Assembly: GCA_029253325.1 (NCBI GenBank)
Contig: JAQWZS010000002.1
Span: forward strand, 1 to 34,760
Length of the DNA stretch: 34,760 nucleotides
DNA from: Bacteroidia bacterium
GTDB lineage: Bacteria; Bacteroidota; Bacteroidia; NS11-12g; UBA9320
Reading direction: 5' to 3'
Shown: piece after piece, positions 1 through 9,459 of the stretch
How the letters are laid out: each line of letters opens with the position of its first letter
Numbering within the stretch: the first letter of the stretch is position 1
Notes under the pieces: model-generated
Databases searched by the model: none
Told to the model about the DNA's origin: nothing
Seen by the model: only the letters and a program-made list of their open reading frames with translations
Made by a program: the position numbers and the translations under genes

Positions 1-710
1 GATAAATGACCACTATTCTTAATGACTTCTAATTGTGCGAGTTTGCATTTGGATGCTTGATTAAAGATTTCATTTTTTGAATAATGCTCATCTTTATCTC
101 CTAAAATAAATAATACTGGGTAATCTAACTGGGATAATAAATGACTGTGGTCAGATCGATTCATCATAGCGTTCATCCCATTGATTACAATTTTTTGGGA
201 GGTATTCTGAATAACTTCAATCAATTTACTATCAATTAATAGTTGGTTGTTTTTAGCAACTAGATTTTTAATAAACAATTGAAAAAAATCAGAAGTCCCA
301 TGTTTTTTGATAAAATTAATAGCTTTTTTTCGATTCTCTTTTTTTGGTTCACTGTCAGCCATACTAGTTGAATTAACTAGTCCAATGCCGGATATATTTT
401 GGGGGTATTTTGAAGCATATTCACATGCAACATATCCACCTAGTGAGTGTCCAAAAATAATAGGGCTTTCAATTTTTTCGTTTTGTAATATATGGAATAC
501 AGCATCTGAAAGTTCAGGAATGGATTGAAATTCTAACTTCTGACTTCTGCCAAAACCAGGCAAATCGATGCTGACACATGTATGTGTTTTAGAGAGGTGG
601 TTTATTGTGCTTTCCCAAATTGTGGAGTCTTCACAAAAACCGTGTAAAAAACAAAGGTGGGGACCATTCCCCACCTTTGAATATGAAATATTGTTATGTG
701 TCTTAGCCAA
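1..710 (-). CDS. alpha/beta-fold hydrolase; C-terminal end runs off the left edge
   Basis: Absent from the ORF track because it has no stop in the window. Hand translation of the reverse strand from TTG at 710 is open to position 1: (M)AKTHNNISYSKVGNGPHLCFLHGFCEDSTIWE...SPIIFGHSLGGYVACEYA...LGDKDEHY...IKNSGHLS. It has the HG oxyanion motif, the GHSLGG nucleophile elbow, and late Asp and His. There is no in-frame ATG, so the TTG start (1 nt after the upstream stop) is tentative. Confidence 0.8.
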   Translation of the reverse strand, partial: MAKTHNNISYSKVGNGPHLCFLHGFCEDSTIWESTINHLSKTHTCVSIDLPGFGRSQKLEFQSIPELSDAVFHILQNEKIESPIIFGHSLGGYVACEYASKYPQNISGIGLVNSTSMADSEPKKENRKKAINFIKKHGTSDFFQLFIKNLVAKNNQLLIDSKLIEVIQNTSQKIVINGMNAMMNRSDHSHLLSQLDYPVLFILGDKDEHYSKNEIFNQASKCKLAQLEVIKNSGHL

Positions 711-711
711 A

Positions 712-2850
712 TTAATTGTAAAAACGATATCTTAAATCAACAACATTTGCTTTCTCAATTATTGTTTCTCTGATTTTTCGCTGCATATCTTGTTTAGACT
801 GATCTGTGATTTGCGACTTAAGAACTTTTACATCTGAAGCTTCGTATTGATTATCATTATTTAGGTATATTACAGCTAATGCTCTTTCACCTCGAATAAT
901 TTCTGATTGACTACCAACAGGCAGCCCAAAAATAGTTCCAGATATTATAAGATCTGAACCAATATAAGGTAGGCTGGATTTAGCAAACGATGCTGCCGGG
1001 ATAGATACTGGTGTGGTTTCTAATTTTCTAGCTAATTCGTCGGGTGTGTTTGAATCATTAAGTGCATCATCAAGTTTAGAAAATAATTTTTCCGATTTTT
1101 TTTCATTTACAAGAATTGCTTCAATATCTGTACGAATCTCTTCTATATCAACTAGTCCTTCAGATTTGACATTCGTTACTCTTGCCACAAAATAGCTTCC
1201 GTCTATATCAATGATGCTTGATACATCTCCTTCTTTGGTAGCATCATTAAATAACCATTTAGCGATTGGATTAGGCTTGCTAATTCCAGGAAAAGCTAAC
1301 TTGCTTTCATTAATCTTGTTGGCAACACGTTTTGTTAAACCCAATTCTTCAGCAACTTCCTCAAACGACTTATCTCCATTGACCTTTGATAGGAATTCCC
1401 CTGCTATTTTGTAGTATTCTCCATCTGTTTTGGTGCTAGGAAATATTTTTTGATCAACAACAGCAACTTGAATAGTTTTTCTACTGATTTTAGATGTTGT
1501 CTTTCCAATATGTACGCCTTTTTTAGAGCGTGTTACAAAATATTGGCCTTTGGGAGAAGTAAACAAACGATTAATCAATCGTCTAGGATAAGATCTAGTG
1601 TCTTTTCTGATCCAGCCCATATCTCCTCCTTTACCTCTTGAAGCATCATAATTTTTTCTATTGGCTTCTGCCTCAAATGTGGTAGCTCCAGATTTTATCT
1701 GGGCAATTAGTTTACGAGCATCTTTTTCAGCTTGTGCGGTATCTGAACCTGCAACATTGATGAGAATATGACTTCCTCTGACAGATGGTAGACTATCCGA
1801 ACCAATATCTGTTATTTTGTATACACTATAAACTCCATTTTCTTGATTTGGTCCAATGACATCTCCTACGTTTGCAGAAAAAAGGTCATCTTCCACAGAT
1901 GCTGGGAATGATCCTCTAAGTTGATAGCTTTTATTAAAAGGTGTTTCGCTATTCATGATACTTACAAATACAGAATCATCATTGGCCTCAGAAAATTTCT
2001 GAGCAATTTCTTTAGATTGATACATCATGTCCATGGAATCCTCTTTTGAAGGAGTTACATTTAAACGGATAAACTCAATGTCTCTACTAGCATCTTCCTT
2101 GTACTTAGCTGAGTGTGCTTTTGCGTAGGTTAGAATTTCACTGTCGCTTACTATCAAAGTTGAATCTTCAAATTGACTGTAGGGAAGACTAACGATAGTT
2201 GCGTTTTTTGTTTGGTTGTTATCTCTTCCAAAATTTACAGCTTCTATATCAGTGGTGTATACCGAACTCATAATAAGCTGATTATATTTTTGTGCAATGA
2301 GCCCAGCTGTAAATTGTTGTTGAAAGCTGTTCCAGTTTTGAAGAGCATCGGGATTAGCATTGATATCTTCTTTGAGGAAGCGAATCAATCGTTGTTTGTC
2401 AAATTGATTTGATTCAGGGTCTCTGAAGGATTGTTGAATTTGTGGATGTGTATTATCACCAATGGTCAAATCTTCTAATTCAGCAGGACTAACAGTTAAA
2501 GCAAGTTTTTCATATTCTGGTTCAACTACACGAGATTCAATAATCATGTTCCATGCTTGTTCCCTATACTGCTTCGAGATGTTTTCGTCAATTGCAATTC
2601 CAGGGTTATTTTGAATAAGCTGTGCTTTTAAACCTTCAAAAGTTTGATTAAACTCATCATAACTTACAGGTTGATCTGCTATTTCACCTATTGAATTATC
2701 ATTAGAACTAAAAATACTAGATCCAGAACTAACCAAATCGGTAAGTACGAATGCTAACATAGCTACACCAATTACGAGGAGTAAACATCCTGTTTGGTTT
2801 TGTATTTTTTGCAATACACTTTGTTCTTCGTTGTTGTATTTATTTGACAT
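712..2850 (-). CDS. ppiD: PpiD/SurA-like periplasmic peptidyl-prolyl isomerase, membrane-anchored chaperone
   Basis: Has an N-terminal TM anchor (GCLLLVIGVAMLAFVLTDL) after a short cytoplasmic tail, a long SurA_N-like region and a parvulin signature (GKGGDMGWIRKD). I moved the start from 2907 to the ATG at 2850 because a TAATTTTG box at 2877-2884 lies downstream of the longer start and MSNKYNNEEQSVLQKIQ fits PpiD N-termini. Confidence 0.75.
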   Translation of the reverse strand: MSNKYNNEEQSVLQKIQNQTGCLLLVIGVAMLAFVLTDLVSSGSSIFSSNDNSIGEIADQPVSYDEFNQTFEGLKAQLIQNNPGIAIDENISKQYREQAWNMIIESRVVEPEYEKLALTVSPAELEDLTIGDNTHPQIQQSFRDPESNQFDKQRLIRFLKEDINANPDALQNWNSFQQQFTAGLIAQKYNQLIMSSVYTTDIEAVNFGRDNNQTKNATIVSLPYSQFEDSTLIVSDSEILTYAKAHSAKYKEDASRDIEFIRLNVTPSKEDSMDMMYQSKEIAQKFSEANDDSVFVSIMNSETPFNKSYQLRGSFPASVEDDLFSANVGDVIGPNQENGVYSVYKITDIGSDSLPSVRGSHILINVAGSDTAQAEKDARKLIAQIKSGATTFEAEANRKNYDASRGKGGDMGWIRKDTRSYPRRLINRLFTSPKGQYFVTRSKKGVHIGKTTSKISRKTIQVAVVDQKIFPSTKTDGEYYKIAGEFLSKVNGDKSFEEVAEELGLTKRVANKINESKLAFPGISKPNPIAKWLFNDATKEGDVSSIIDIDGSYFVARVTNVKSEGLVDIEEIRTDIEAILVNEKKSEKLFSKLDDALNDSNTPDELARKLETTPVSIPAASFAKSSLPYIGSDLIISGTIFGLPVGSQSEIIRGERALAVIYLNNDNQYEASDVKVLKSQITDQSKQDMQRKIRETIIEKANVVDLRYRFYN

Positions 2851-2876
2851 GTATTTCGTCTTTAAAAAATGGAATG

Positions 2877-2884
2877 CAAAATTA
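2877..2884 (-). promoter_or_regulatory. Bacteroidota -7 promoter box (TAATTTTG) for the ppiD-like gene
   Basis: Plus strand reads caaaatta, the reverse complement of TAnnTTTG. It lies 26 nt upstream of the ATG at 2850. Confidence 0.45.
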
Positions 2885-2982
2885 AGTTGTTTTGTGCTAA
2901 AACTCAAAGAATAATAGTCTTGAAATCTTAATGTTTTTACTAATAAAAAAATGGCTTCTCTTGAAAATTAAGTGTATGATTA

Positions 2983-4557
2983 TCAGTATTTTATGTCCTT
3001 AATTTTTCCTTTGAATTGGTCAATTATGTGCTGATCCTGCTTGTCTTTGATAACGTAACGTACACGAGTAGACTCGTGATTTGGACCGATGTATAAAATA
3101 AAATCATGATTAATCTCACTTAAGTAATATGTTTCTTTGATTCTATTCAATCTAAATCTAAAACCTTTATGGAGCTTAATTTTATAGCTGATTGTACAAG
3201 GTTTTTGAATATTTACTGCCCATTGAATTTCATTCTCCTTTTTCGTTAATGAGTGGCTAATTTTATTGGTTTTATTAATTTTTGTGAACTTATCTATTTC
3301 GCACAAAAACATATCTATGGAGGAGTTTTTATTGTCAAATTTTGGATAAATAACAGCTAGAGTATTGTCTGAGTAGTCGATATCAATATAATCTCCATAA
3401 AAATAGTTCTTGCCTGGAAGAGGAATACTTTTAGGTGTGATTCTAAATAGCTCGTTACGACTTGGATTTTCAAGATTAAATCTATTCAATGAGACATCAT
3501 AGAATAAACTTTTAGAAGATAAAGACTGATCGTAATATGCGATGTAAACATCACCACTTTGCTGATTCAAAGCTATGTTGGGGAAATATTGATGTCCTTT
3601 AGCTTCACTTATGCATATTTTTTTATTCCAAGACATTCCTTTGTCCTTTGAAAAGATCAGCCAAACATCGGCATTTCCATTTTCTTCATCAGCCCAAGTA
3701 ATATATATAATTTCTCGAATGGTGTCACACTGAATAAACGGCATGCCATTGGCCCTAAATATGTTTGGCATTTCCATATCCCATCCTTTAAATTGAGTCG
3801 CAATTTGCTGATCCGCTCCCCAGGAATTTCCTCCATCAATGCTTTTATCAAACCAAATTTTTTGATGACCTGCCCAGACTGCGTATATCTCACCATTTAG
3901 TCCTACAGCGGTGGTTGCACCCTCAAGCGTGTTGTCACCATCCAAGCAATCTCCAACAGTGTCAGATATGGTAATTGCAGTTGAAAATGAATCGGTATTT
4001 GGGACGTATTTTGAAAATCGTATTCTACTAAAATCAGAGCTGTCCTTACTATCGTATTTATCAAATTCTGTCCATGTAATATATACATTTCCCTTGCATT
4101 TTTTTGAGTGATTATCGGAGCTCAACCAGGGTTTGTCTTGCATTTTTGGTGGGTTATAACCCACAGAATATGAGGTCTCAGTCCATGGGCTAAGAGCATG
4201 AATTTTTTGCACAACGATTCGGTCAAACCAATCGCCATATTCCTTATTCTGGGTTTTGGATAAATGAGCGTAAAACAAATCAGAATCAGCATAATGTAAT
4301 ACGGGGTCACCATATACTCCGAGTTGAGATTTGCCTTGGATGGTTTTAAAATTAGTTGCTCCTTTTTCTAAGTAAAATATTCGGTCAACGTTAGCTGCCG
4401 CAATTATTTGATTAGAACTATTTTTTGGGGATAATACAACGGTTGGTTCATTAGAATTTTCACCTATTGTGATTGTTGTCTGTCCAAAAATTAAATTTGG
4501 TAAAAAAATTAGACCTAAACAAAGTTGTATTATTGGTGAAAAGAAATTGTAATTCAT
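2983..4557 (-). CDS. secreted BNR/Asp-box repeat protein (sialidase-fold beta-propeller family)
   Basis: Has a signal peptide (IIQLCLGLIFLPNLIFGQ) and Asp-box motifs SIDGGNSWG and SKDKGMSWN. Its start ATG shares one base with the upstream stop (TAATG at 4555-4559). Confidence 0.7.
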   Translation of the reverse strand: MNYNFFSPIIQLCLGLIFLPNLIFGQTTITIGENSNEPTVVLSPKNSSNQIIAAANVDRIFYLEKGATNFKTIQGKSQLGVYGDPVLHYADSDLFYAHLSKTQNKEYGDWFDRIVVQKIHALSPWTETSYSVGYNPPKMQDKPWLSSDNHSKKCKGNVYITWTEFDKYDSKDSSDFSRIRFSKYVPNTDSFSTAITISDTVGDCLDGDNTLEGATTAVGLNGEIYAVWAGHQKIWFDKSIDGGNSWGADQQIATQFKGWDMEMPNIFRANGMPFIQCDTIREIIYITWADEENGNADVWLIFSKDKGMSWNKKICISEAKGHQYFPNIALNQQSGDVYIAYYDQSLSSKSLFYDVSLNRFNLENPSRNELFRITPKSIPLPGKNYFYGDYIDIDYSDNTLAVIYPKFDNKNSSIDMFLCEIDKFTKINKTNKISHSLTKKENEIQWAVNIQKPCTISYKIKLHKGFRFRLNRIKETYYLSEINHDFILYIGPNHESTRVRYVIKDKQDQHIIDQFKGKIKDIKY

Positions 4558-7500
4558 TATTTAATTAGTTCTACAATACCAGAGATTGGATCACTATTCA
4601 AGCCATGCAATACTAGGTAGAAATAGGTTCCCTCTGGTAATAAGGTAGTGTTATTATTCACCCCACCGTTCCAGCAATCGTTGGAATCGTCAGTTTCAAA
4701 AACTTTTTCACCCCATCGGTTAAAAATTTGAAGTTTATATTCTTTACATTCTATGAGTTTCCCATCCATTTGAAAGCAGTCATTTAAGCCATCTCCATTG
4801 GGGGTAAAGACATTGTATAATTTAAACTCAGGGATAACCTCGTCAAGAATGGTGACTGATTTTTTAATTGAACTTTCACACAATGACCCTTTATTTACAG
4901 TAAGCTCAATTTCGAAAGTTCCTTTTGAAGGGTATTGATAACTTGGGGTTTGCTGAATCGAGGTATCACCATTGCCAAAAGACCAATAATAGTTATATCC
5001 ACGAATGGTATTATTGGTAATTGAGAGTTGGTTATCACACCCATTAAATTCCACAGAAAAATCAGCGTCGGATTGGTCAACAACTCGAATAGTTTGTTGT
5101 GATATTGATGATATATTACACGTATTACTATCAATTACGGTAAGTGTAATTGTGTATTCTCCTGGAATATTGTATTCGTGTTTTGGGTTAGTCTCATTCG
5201 ATTTTTCTCCATCTCCAAAATCCCAAATAAGAGAATCTCCCAATATACTTCGATTGGTAAATGATACATTCAGCGGTGCACAACCAATCATTGGGTTTGC
5301 AATGAAATCGGCAATGACCGCAGTTTTTATTTGCAAATCAATTTTAAATGAGGCGTTGCTACATCGAACACTCGGGTTGGTTTCAAACGCACTACCCGAA
5401 GTTGTTGGAAAATCACTTACTTGTGTTGTTTGGCCATCTGTGGACGGCGGACAACTGCTGCATACACTTTGATAAATCACTCCCTTTTTATCAAACCTGC
5501 TAGTTCCCCCATCTACATGGTCACCGGTAATATTTCCACCAAAGTAAGTTGCATATAATAGGTTTTTAGCATCTTCTCCAAGTACAATGATGTAAAAATC
5601 ATTGTTGTCTGTATTTTTTTGATGAGCATCACCCGAAACAGGCATATTATCGGTACTACCTGGGTGATTATTTGGATCTACAGAAGAACCCCAACCTGAA
5701 AAATAAATATGATTACATACGTCTACTAAAAAAGCACTTGGCACTAGATTAGGCTGGTTTAGGGTATTCCCAAACGAGCTTACCAAGTCAATATTTTGTA
5801 GCCCAGAATCAATTCTAAATATGAATTGCCCTTTGTTGTCTTCTCCATAAGTATCTGAAGTTTTGTTGAGTTGACCTTCAGTTTGACCAGTTGCGTAAAT
5901 GCGATTGGAAGCGTCCAAACCAATAAAATAAATTTGGTCATACTCATTGGTACCCCAGTAGGTTGTTTTTTTCAAAGATTTATTAGATTTATCAAATACA
6001 GCAATAACTCCATCTGTTTTTCCATTAAAATCGGGGGAGAAAACAGTATCTGGAGTTTGTAAGTTAGAACTAGTTGTGCCACCACCTACATACACATTAT
6101 CATGATTGTCTAATTTTATACTGTATAATGCCTCTGAACCATCCCCTCCAAAATAGGTAAGCCAATTCAGTGTTTTGCAGTCGGGGCTAAGTTCAAAAAT
6201 TAAACCATCATAAACACTGTTCTTATTAGTTTGGGATGCATTCTTTGTTACTATATTATCGGATAATGTAGTAGTTGCTACAAAGATATTCCCGAGGTCA
6301 TCTGTGATAACATCGCCTCTAAAATCATCAGAATAGTTATACTTCAAATTCGAGTTTTGATTGAGTCCATCATTGGACACCCCCCCTATAAATGTCGAAC
6401 CAATGAGCGTAGTCCCATCTTCGCTAAGTTTGGAGACAATAATATCTGTTCCTCCAGCATGTGTAGAGTCAACACAATTGGTAGTGTGGGGAAATTTTGG
6501 AGAGTATGTGGTCCCTAGTATAATTAAGTCGTCATTTTTATCTACCACCAAACTATGGGGGTATTCATCTCGACTACCACCCAGATAGGTTGCCCATAAC
6601 AATTTAGATCCAGCACTGTCATATTTAGAAATACTGATATCGCAAGCTAAATTAGCAGGTTGAGAACCAGTGCCTCCATTAAAATTAGTATCATATGAAT
6701 TTGTTGTTACTGGGTAGGGTTGGATAGATGCGTCTACAATACCTCCAGCGTATAAATTTCCTCTACTATCATAGGTTGCAGTATAACCAAAATTATCACC
6801 CTTTGAACCCGAATAAGTTGAGAATATAAGTTTTGGGTCGATAATCAGAGGATAATCTGGGTTGAAGTCAGATAAAATTTGATAGCTCAATATATTCTCA
6901 TCGAGATGATATGATGAGGCAATTTTAATTTTTTCACCATTGATTAGTTGGTAGGTGTAAGGTTTTTCTTCACTAATGATTCCAACAGAAGTATAGATGT
7001 TGAGTTGTTCATCTTTAATTTTAAATGAGTCTGCACCGTCTATTTTTATCTTAATCTGATTGATTTTTTCGAGTGTGGGACGTTGAATAATCCATTCATA
7101 TTTTAAATTAGTTTCACCGTCTATTCTAAAATCTACATCAGAATAAACGTTGGAATATTTGACTTCTCCAGCAGGGTGAATCTTACTTGCCCAGTTTTGT
7201 GGATTCTCACCAAAAAAATAATTGTAATAATGAGATTGAATGTTGGATGATTTTGTGTGAGGAGAACTTTCAAGCCCCATGAAATACATTTTAAGGGCTT
7301 GTTTTTTGGGGATTATTTTATTCTCCAATCCTGGGTGATCATGTTTCCATTGGTGTATTTGGTGGTAATCTTCGGGATTAATTAAATCATAAGTCAGTCC
7401 TTGACTTTCTAGGTATAGATTTCCAAATGGGATTTCTGCTCGATATAACACGAGTGGATGCCACTGCCCACGGTTAGCTACAAACTCATAGGTTGGGGTT

Positions 7501-7586
7501 TTTGATGGAAGTGCTATTGAATTTTGTTGAGCATTTAGATCAACAAAGCCCAGAAGTATAATCAAAATTCCAATTTTCCAACGCAT
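4557..7586 (-). CDS. large secreted surface protein: SBBP beta-propeller repeats, 2 PKD domains and a T9SS type-B C-terminal sorting domain
   Basis: SBBP-like repeats: LWATYLGGSRDEYPHSLVVDKNDDLIILGTTYSPKFPHT, LNWLTYFGGDGSEALYSIKLDNHDNVYVGGGTTSS, LLYATYFGGNITGD. PKD signatures: WDFGDGEKSNETNPKHEYNIPGEYTITLTV and WSFGNGDTSIQQTPSYQYPSKGTFEIELTV. C-terminus YNVFTPNGDGLNDCF...IFNRWGEKVFE...LPEGTYFY is the gliding-motility-associated/T9SS type-B CTD. I moved the start to M7 (MRWKIGILIILLGFVDLNAQ signal peptide) because a promoter box at 7594-7601 lies downstream of the 7604 start. Confidence 0.85.
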   Translation of the reverse strand: MRWKIGILIILLGFVDLNAQQNSIALPSKTPTYEFVANRGQWHPLVLYRAEIPFGNLYLESQGLTYDLINPEDYHQIHQWKHDHPGLENKIIPKKQALKMYFMGLESSPHTKSSNIQSHYYNYFFGENPQNWASKIHPAGEVKYSNVYSDVDFRIDGETNLKYEWIIQRPTLEKINQIKIKIDGADSFKIKDEQLNIYTSVGIISEEKPYTYQLINGEKIKIASSYHLDENILSYQILSDFNPDYPLIIDPKLIFSTYSGSKGDNFGYTATYDSRGNLYAGGIVDASIQPYPVTTNSYDTNFNGGTGSQPANLACDISISKYDSAGSKLLWATYLGGSRDEYPHSLVVDKNDDLIILGTTYSPKFPHTTNCVDSTHAGGTDIIVSKLSEDGTTLIGSTFIGGVSNDGLNQNSNLKYNYSDDFRGDVITDDLGNIFVATTTLSDNIVTKNASQTNKNSVYDGLIFELSPDCKTLNWLTYFGGDGSEALYSIKLDNHDNVYVGGGTTSSNLQTPDTVFSPDFNGKTDGVIAVFDKSNKSLKKTTYWGTNEYDQIYFIGLDASNRIYATGQTEGQLNKTSDTYGEDNKGQFIFRIDSGLQNIDLVSSFGNTLNQPNLVPSAFLVDVCNHIYFSGWGSSVDPNNHPGSTDNMPVSGDAHQKNTDNNDFYIIVLGEDAKNLLYATYFGGNITGDHVDGGTSRFDKKGVIYQSVCSSCPPSTDGQTTQVSDFPTTSGSAFETNPSVRCSNASFKIDLQIKTAVIADFIANPMIGCAPLNVSFTNRSILGDSLIWDFGDGEKSNETNPKHEYNIPGEYTITLTVIDSNTCNISSISQQTIRVVDQSDADFSVEFNGCDNQLSITNNTIRGYNYYWSFGNGDTSIQQTPSYQYPSKGTFEIELTVNKGSLCESSIKKSVTILDEVIPEFKLYNVFTPNGDGLNDCFQMDGKLIECKEYKLQIFNRWGEKVFETDDSNDCWNGGVNNNTTLLPEGTYFYLVLHGLNSDPISGIVELIK
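4560..4841 (-). other. region encoding the T9SS type-B (CHU_C-like) C-terminal sorting domain of the 4557-7586 gene
   Basis: The last ~94 residues begin EFKLYNVFTPNGDGLNDCFQMDG and end GTYFYLVLHGLNSDPISGIVELIK. Confidence 0.7.
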
Positions 7587-7593
7587 GAATGAA

Positions 7594-7601
7594 CAAAAAT
7601 A
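7594..7601 (-). promoter_or_regulatory. -7 promoter box (TATTTTTG) for the SBBP/PKD/T9SS gene
   Basis: Plus strand reads caaaaata. Only 7 nt separate the box from the ATG at 7586, implying a near-leaderless transcript. Confidence 0.4.
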
Positions 7602-7688
7602 CACTTCGAATGTCGATATAGACAGTTAACTCCACCAATTAGTTGGTTCAATTTTGTGTAAATGACTGAATTCTGACGGGGGTAAAAT

Positions 7689-7696
7689 TATATTTG
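7689..7696 (+). promoter_or_regulatory. -7 promoter box (TATATTTG) for lysS
   Basis: Exact TAnnTTTG match 18 nt upstream of the ATG at 7715. No Shine-Dalgarno motif is present. Confidence 0.5.
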
Positions 7697-7714
7697 TAGC
7701 CATTTTACTAAACC

Positions 7715-9418
7715 ATGGAGCTAAACGAACAACAACTTCAACGAAGACAAGCACTTGACAAGTTAAGATCATTGGGCATTAATCCCTATCCAGCGGATGT
7801 TTATCCAAAAGATTATTCGAGTGTTGAAATCAGCAAAGCGTTTGATAAAAACCCAGATAAGTTTCAGCAAATTTCATTTGCAGGTCGTATGATGCGACGT
7901 AGAATCATGGGGAAGGCCAGTTTCGCTGAACTTCAAGATGAGCAAGGAACTATTCAGGCTTATTTTAATAGGGATGAACTTTGTCCCGATGAGGACAAAA
8001 CCATGTATAATGATGTCTTTAAGAAAATCTTAGATATCGGAGATATTATTGGAGTAAAAGGCTTTGTTTTTAGAACTCAGACTGGGGAGTTGTCTATTCA
8101 CGTTAAAGAGTTGACAGTTTTGAGCAAATCCCTCAACCCACTGCCTATGCCCAAAGAGGTTGATGGAAAAGTTTATGATGCATTCACAGATCCAGAACAA
8201 CGATACAGAAAAAGATATGTCGATTTGATTGTCAACCCACAAGTTCGTGAGACATTCATTAAGCGAACCAAGGCGGTATCGAGTATGAGAAACTTCCTCA
8301 ATGAGAAAGGATACATGGAAGTAGAAACTCCTATTCTTCAAGCAATTCCTGGAGGAGCTGCTGCAAGACCATTCATTACACACCATAATGCCTTGGATAT
8401 TCCGTTGTATCTACGAATTGCAAATGAGCTGTATCTTAAGCGACTAATTGTTGGAGGATTTGAAGGGGTTTATGAGTTTGCCAAAGATTTTAGAAATGAA
8501 GGAATGGATCGTACCCATAATCCTGAGTTTAGTCAGATGGAACTTTATGTTGCTTACAAAGACTACAAATGGATGATGGACATAACAGAGGCGATGTTCA
8601 AGCAAATTGCTCAAGATGTCAATGGGACTTCTCAAGTTGTTTTTGGGGAGCACACCATCGACTTTGGGAAGCCATTTGAGCGATTAACCATTTTTGGTGC
8701 GATTGAAAAATATACAGGAATCGACATCAGTCAGATGACTGAAAAAGAGCTTTTCAAGACTGCTAAAGAATTAGGTGCTGAGGTAGAAGAGAGCATGGGA
8801 TCGGGTAAATTAATCGATGAAATATTTGGGGAGAAGGTAGAGCACCTGCTTATCCAACCCACATTTATCATGGACTACCCTGTGAGCATGTCGCCATTGA
8901 CCAAAAAACACCGCGACAACCCAAACTTAACTGAGCGATTTGAATTGATTGTCAACGGTAAAGAGATTGCAAATTGCTATAGTGAGTTAAATGACCCTAT
9001 TGATCAACGTGAACGTTTTGAAGAGCAAGTGAAACTCATGGAACGTGGAGATGATGAAGCCATGTTTATTGATGAAGATTTTCTTACGGCCTTGGAATAT
9101 GGGATGCCACCAACAGCAGGTATCGGTATTGGAATTGACCGATTAGTGATGTTACTAACCAATAATTCAAGTATACAAGAAGTATTGTTTTTCCCACAGA
9201 TGAGACCAGAGAAGAAAGTAGAAACATTAAAGCTGACTGATAACGAGCAAGCGGTAAAAACGATTCTTTCTGAAAATGGAACCCTTGAAATCAGTGATTT
9301 AAAAAGTCGGATAGAACTCAGCAACAAACAATGGGATAAAGCCCTGAAAGGATTAGCTAAGCATGGCATCACTCAAGTTGCCAAAGAAGGTGATGTGGTC
9401 TCAGTAAGTTTGAAATAA
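7715..9418 (+). CDS. lysS: lysine--tRNA ligase (class II) with a ~70-aa C-terminal extension
   Basis: Has an OB-fold N-terminus, class II motifs ([23 protein letters not shown]; [14 protein letters not shown]) and the canonical end [10 protein letters not shown]. This is followed by an extra tail, [13 protein letters not shown]...VVSVSLK. Confidence 0.95.
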   Translation: MELNEQQLQRRQALDKLRSLGINPYPADVYPKDYSSVEISKAFDKNPDKFQQISFAGRMMRRRIMGKASFAELQDEQGTIQAYFNRDELCPDEDKTMYNDVFKKILDIGDIIGVKGFVFRTQTGELSIHVKELTVLSKSLNPLPMPKEVDGKVYDAFTDPEQRYRKRYVDLIVNPQVRETFIKRTKAVSSMRNFLNEKGYMEVETPILQAIPGGAAARPFITHHNALDIPLYLRIANELYLKRLIVGGFEGVYEFAKDFRNEGMDRTHNPEFSQMELYVAYKDYKWMMDITEAMFKQIAQDVNGTSQVVFGEHTIDFGKPFERLTIFGAIEKYTGIDISQMTEKELFKTAKELGAEVEESMGSGKLIDEIFGEKVEHLLIQPTFIMDYPVSMSPLTKKHRDNPNLTERFELIVNGKEIANCYSELNDPIDQRERFEEQVKLMERGDDEAMFIDEDFLTALEYGMPPTAGIGIGIDRLVMLLTNNSSIQEVLFFPQMRPEKKVETLKLTDNEQAVKTILSENGTLEISDLKSRIELSNKQWDKALKGLAKHGITQVAKEGDVVSVSLK

Positions 9419-9459
9419 TCTTCAATTAAAAAGTGATTCGGTAAAGACCAATTTAGATT

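Noticed and set aside
307-528. 73-aa plus-strand ORF from the track
   Set aside because: It lies antisense to a continuous minus-strand frame with clear alpha/beta-hydrolase motifs (GHSLGG is encoded at about 447-464). The ORF itself is low-complexity with no recognisable features.
1013-2412. Four short plus-strand ORFs (60-79 aa) inside the ppiD-like gene
   Set aside because: They are nested antisense in a well-supported 712-aa gene. They are Ser/Leu/Phe-rich, which is typical of reverse-frame artefacts in AT-rich DNA.
5005-5472. 155-aa plus-strand ORF (and the other 63-79 aa ORFs between 3657 and 6588)
   Set aside because: All are embedded antisense within the SBBP/PKD/T9SS gene or the BNR gene, whose domain content is unambiguous. 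They have no start-proximal promoter box and no motifs.
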